DNA of 64,000 bases from Microbotryum violaceum (lineage: Eukaryota): NCBI GenBank assembly GCA_001244265.2, contig CDLV01000008.1, positions 1,116,001 to 1,180,000 on the forward strand, in the 5' to 3' direction. This document shows, piece by piece, positions 60,689 through 64,000 of the stretch. The position numbers and the translations under genes were made by a program. Below the pieces are notes generated by a model. It was not told the DNA's origin. It was given only the letters and a program-made list of their open reading frames with translations, and did no database searches. Numbering within the stretch: the stretch's first letter is position 1; each line of letters opens with the position of its first letter.

Positions 60689-62906
60689 TCACTCGGCCTT
60701 TTCCTCCTTCGAACCGACAAGGCCCATCCCTCGCAAGCTAAAGAGACTGATAGTCAACGCGATCGCGGCGAAAGCGAAAGTGAGCCATCCGCCGATACGG
60801 TACCCCGCCAACAGGACATCGGGGGACTCGGTCGTGTTGGGGCTGAGATCACCAGCGAATGGGTTTGCGGCGAGGTATTTGTCCGATGCAAGTGTCGCGA
60901 TCGAGGAGATGATGGCGAGACTCATCGAGGTTGCGAGCCTCGTCGTGACTTGGAACAAGGCGCCAGCTGTGGCTTGTTGGGATCGGGTTGCGCTTCGTGA
61001 GATAGCGATGGTCGCGACAGTATAGGACAGATCGGTCGCCGGAGCGAGGGCGAGCAAAGGGAAGATGGCGGCCCAGTACCCGTGATCTGGCTTGACGACG
61101 GCGAGAAGAATAGGAGCGATGATGCCCAGGGTCATCGAGATGATGATGAGAGTATTGCCGTGGATGTAGCTGATCGCGTAGCCAGGAATAATCTGTGGTT
61201 GACAGCGAGAGAAGAAAATGCATGAGCGACCAACTTCGAGTGTCGAGGAGGTGTGCGCGGCTTACATTGAAAATGATCCCCGAAACGATGAGTGGTAATT
61301 GGAACAAGGCTGTCTTGAGCGCTGACTCCTTCATGACAAGCTGCAAAACAAGGTTCACGTAGTACGTGCAGGTGTTGAAAGCTCCCCACTGCAAATTCGT
61401 GAAGTTGGACTGGTCAGAGGGCGATTGGGATCTGTCGATGGCGATGTGCTACTCACGGCAAAGAAGACGACGGCTAAGATCGCGGGCAGATAAGAAGTCG
61501 TCCAAATACCAGGAGGCAAAATGGGAGGGGGTGGGGGTCGTTTCGGCTTTCCTCCCAATTTGGGCTCTTGCGGCGAGCTGTAGAACGCGATGACCATATG
61601 CTGCAGCCGGACTTCCCAGTAGAAGAAGGCGATCAGGAGCAGGACGGAGATCGGGATCAAGGGTGGCAGCCACGGCGTTTTCCACCCGAGGGGCTCGCTC
61701 GAAGCATCGGCCAACGCAAAGGTGAGCAAGACGAACCCTGCAAACGACAGCAAAGTACCGATCCAATCGATTCTTCTGTTTTGAGACAAGTCAGGTGGAC
61801 TGGTTGCTGCTGACTCAGCAGCGGAGGCAACCGACGCCGCGTCCGAAGTGGCCGCAAGGGTGACATCGGCACTTCGTGCGGTGACGAGAGGGATCGCGGC
61901 CGAGTCCATCGCGAAAATTTTGGGGATGACGAAGAAGCCGAGTACACCAAATAAAGCCGCAAGAGCCACTTGGACGTAGAAGCTCGCTGGTTCATCAACC
62001 GCAGCGTCAGCTGGGAGTCGAATGCAAATTCGAAGTCCCCCAGGAGGCCGAGAAACTGACCTCGCCATTCGAGTTTCGTCTCCGTCAACAGAGCACCGAC
62101 GACCAGACCGGAAGCGAAGCCGAGCGGCTGACCGGCACCGAGCAGGGCGAAAGCAATGTTTTTCCTCGGTCCCGGCTCAAAATGGCGCCTATGAATGCAC
62201 CGGCGGATTAGAGGAGGAGTTTCAATATCTTCTGACCGGCGACCGACCGGCCGACTCCTGGCGGGGGATTAAGGCCTACCCGAGAATCCCTATCCCTGAA
62301 GGAGTATTCGCTGCGGCACACTATTTCCCGGAAGGGGAAAAAATGTGTTCAGTGGAATGCCGATCTTTGTCAGCGAGTGAGCGTCGATAATAATGCTTAA
62401 GGATTAGGGCGGCGACTGACGATACCGAGCATGGAGGAAAAAGCAGAAAAGCCGATCATCGTGGGACTCAATGCGACGGCGACGGATACGACAAAGTAAA
62501 GCGCAGCTGGCAGACAGAAAAGGTCGCGATGTGGCCCTGGTATCAATATATTGGACTGGTGGTTCTTCGCGCCTCCGCGCCCCTATGATCGAGCTCGGGC
62601 GCGGCTGGGAGGTCGGGGAATGGAGACGGGAAATGACTGACTACCGATCAAGAAGAGCAACCTCGGACCGTAGACGTCGGCCAACCGACCCATGGGAAGC
62701 AAAGTTGAACCCAACACGAGCGCATAGAGCGTGAGCGGCCATTGCAATGCCGATGCAGCGATGTTGAGGTCCTTTTGCACTTGCGGAAGCGAGACGGTGA
62801 GCGTGCCGCTGAAGTAGCTGTTGATGAAGCTGGTGCCACTGACCGCGGTCATGATGAGGTAGTCGCGCACATCGTCCCGTCTTCCCGAGCTTTCGTCGAC
62901 CGACAT
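60689..62906 (-). CDS. MFS drug:H+ antiporter (DHA2/Atr1-like, 14-TM type)
   Basis: LTVSLPQVQKDL...LQWPLTLYALVLGSTLLPMGRLADVYG; RRIDWIG; GWKTPW; SQQATAGALFQVTTRL; multiple hydrophobic helices. Confidence 0.9.
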
Positions 62907-63148
62907 GGAACCAGAGACGAATTACGGGGTTAGGGTGAGGGCGGAAAGGGCGAGGAGAGGAACGACGCAGGCGGCTCGGTGATTGATTCGATTGCTTGAT
63001 TGATTCTAATCAACTTACCAAAGAGTGGCTGGTTGACACTCATTGAGACGTCTCCGCTACCGACCCCACCGGGAAAAAAATGGACTTTCACTCCCCCACG
63101 CCAAAACAGTCACGTGACACCGGACGACGTAAATGGGTGTCGTTCTCA

Positions 63149-64000
63149 TTACACGGGGTATTCACGCTTTATAGTATCTCTAACCTTAGACATGATAATC
63201 CGATCCACCCATCCATCCGGATCAAACCCCTTTTCCCACTGGTTATGCAAGTGCACAGCCCACACGTTCCCCGCCTTCCTCTCAAGCGATCCGCGTCTCT
63301 GAGCGCTCCATTTCTTCTCCGCATGAGCCGAAGCGAAGGGATCCGGTAAGCGATTGTCGAGTCGACAAGTAACGCCGTCGGTAAAGCAGAAGGGAAGGAT
63401 CTTGAATGGCGCGATCCCTTCGGCGATGAGACGCCGGAAGACCTTGTAGTAAAGGCGCGAGCCCCAGTCGGTCGAATCCTTTTGCGGTGGTGGATCGTTC
63501 GCCATCGCGTACAGCATCTCACACAGGTAGGGACTGTGTTTAAAAAAGTGCATCATTGCACCGTTGAGCGGTTGGTAGATTTTATCTGCGTGATGGGCGG
63601 AGGTGAGGCGCGATCGTGGAGAGTGGCCGAGCGTAAATCCGAAACATGCTTCAGTATGGGTCGCCGGGTCAGGAAGAATATCTCAGGCTTCATAGTCGAT
63701 ACTCACCATAGCAGTCCCACTGGGTCACCCACTCATGCTCCCCTAGCACCCTCATGTCCCTCCCCGTCATGATAGTATCGAAATCGACCCAAACCCCACC
63801 CTCGGCCCAGAGTACAAGCAACCGCACCAGGTCGCCATCAAGCCATGCCTTCTGGTCGGCCAGATCTAGCAGGTTATGACCTTGCATTGGCGTGCCCTCT
63901 GCCAACACCTTCTTGTCGACGCTTCGCACGATCAGTCGGATCGGACCATATCGTTTCAGCAGAACGCAGAGCAAAGGATGGGTTTCGAGTCGCTCCGTCG
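63149..64000 (-). CDS. Glycosyltransferase family 32 (DXD) protein, 3' part; the 5' end lies beyond the window
   Basis: DGDLVRLLVLWAEGGVWVDFD; EHEWVTQWDCY; NGAMMHFFKHSPYLCE; TDWGSRLY; ILPFCFTD; AVHLHNQWEK. Confidence 0.9.

Overview
Intron-rich eukaryotic DNA from a basidiomycete fungus. Gene content, GC level and intron style suggest Pucciniomycotina, probably a Microbotryum-like anther smut; this is an inference. After manual splicing I recognise about 17 genes: QCR8, COG4, PAN2, an M1 aminopeptidase, a TBC1D5-type RabGAP, a GFA/CENP-V protein with a pseudogenised tandem copy, a Zn2Cys6 transcription factor, the DHHC palmitoyltransferase ERF2, a DUF3237 gene, PNKP, a CHS4/SKT5 Sel1-repeat protein, a GliK-like gamma-glutamylcyclotransferase-fold protein, SPT20, ELYS, a long disordered protein, an MFS transporter and a GT32 glycosyltransferase cut by the window edge. 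A 5'-truncated L1/Tx1-type LINE lies at about 44.3-48.5 kb. I found no rRNA, tRNA or CRISPR, and I cannot demonstrate a new biological system. The best leads are: a 116-aa secreted protein whose splicing extends an NLS-like polybasic tail; a 4-kb pocket holding a micro-exon gene, an LTR-like piece, a RecQ-type helicase relic and a Helitron-like end; a CENP-C-like R-x7-WW motif in the disordered protein; an intron hairpin that masks cryptic AGs; and a GliK-like probable pseudo-enzyme. Several frameshifts, many of those in the LINE at homopolymers, may be assembly errors. All family calls come from motif recognition by eye, not database searches.
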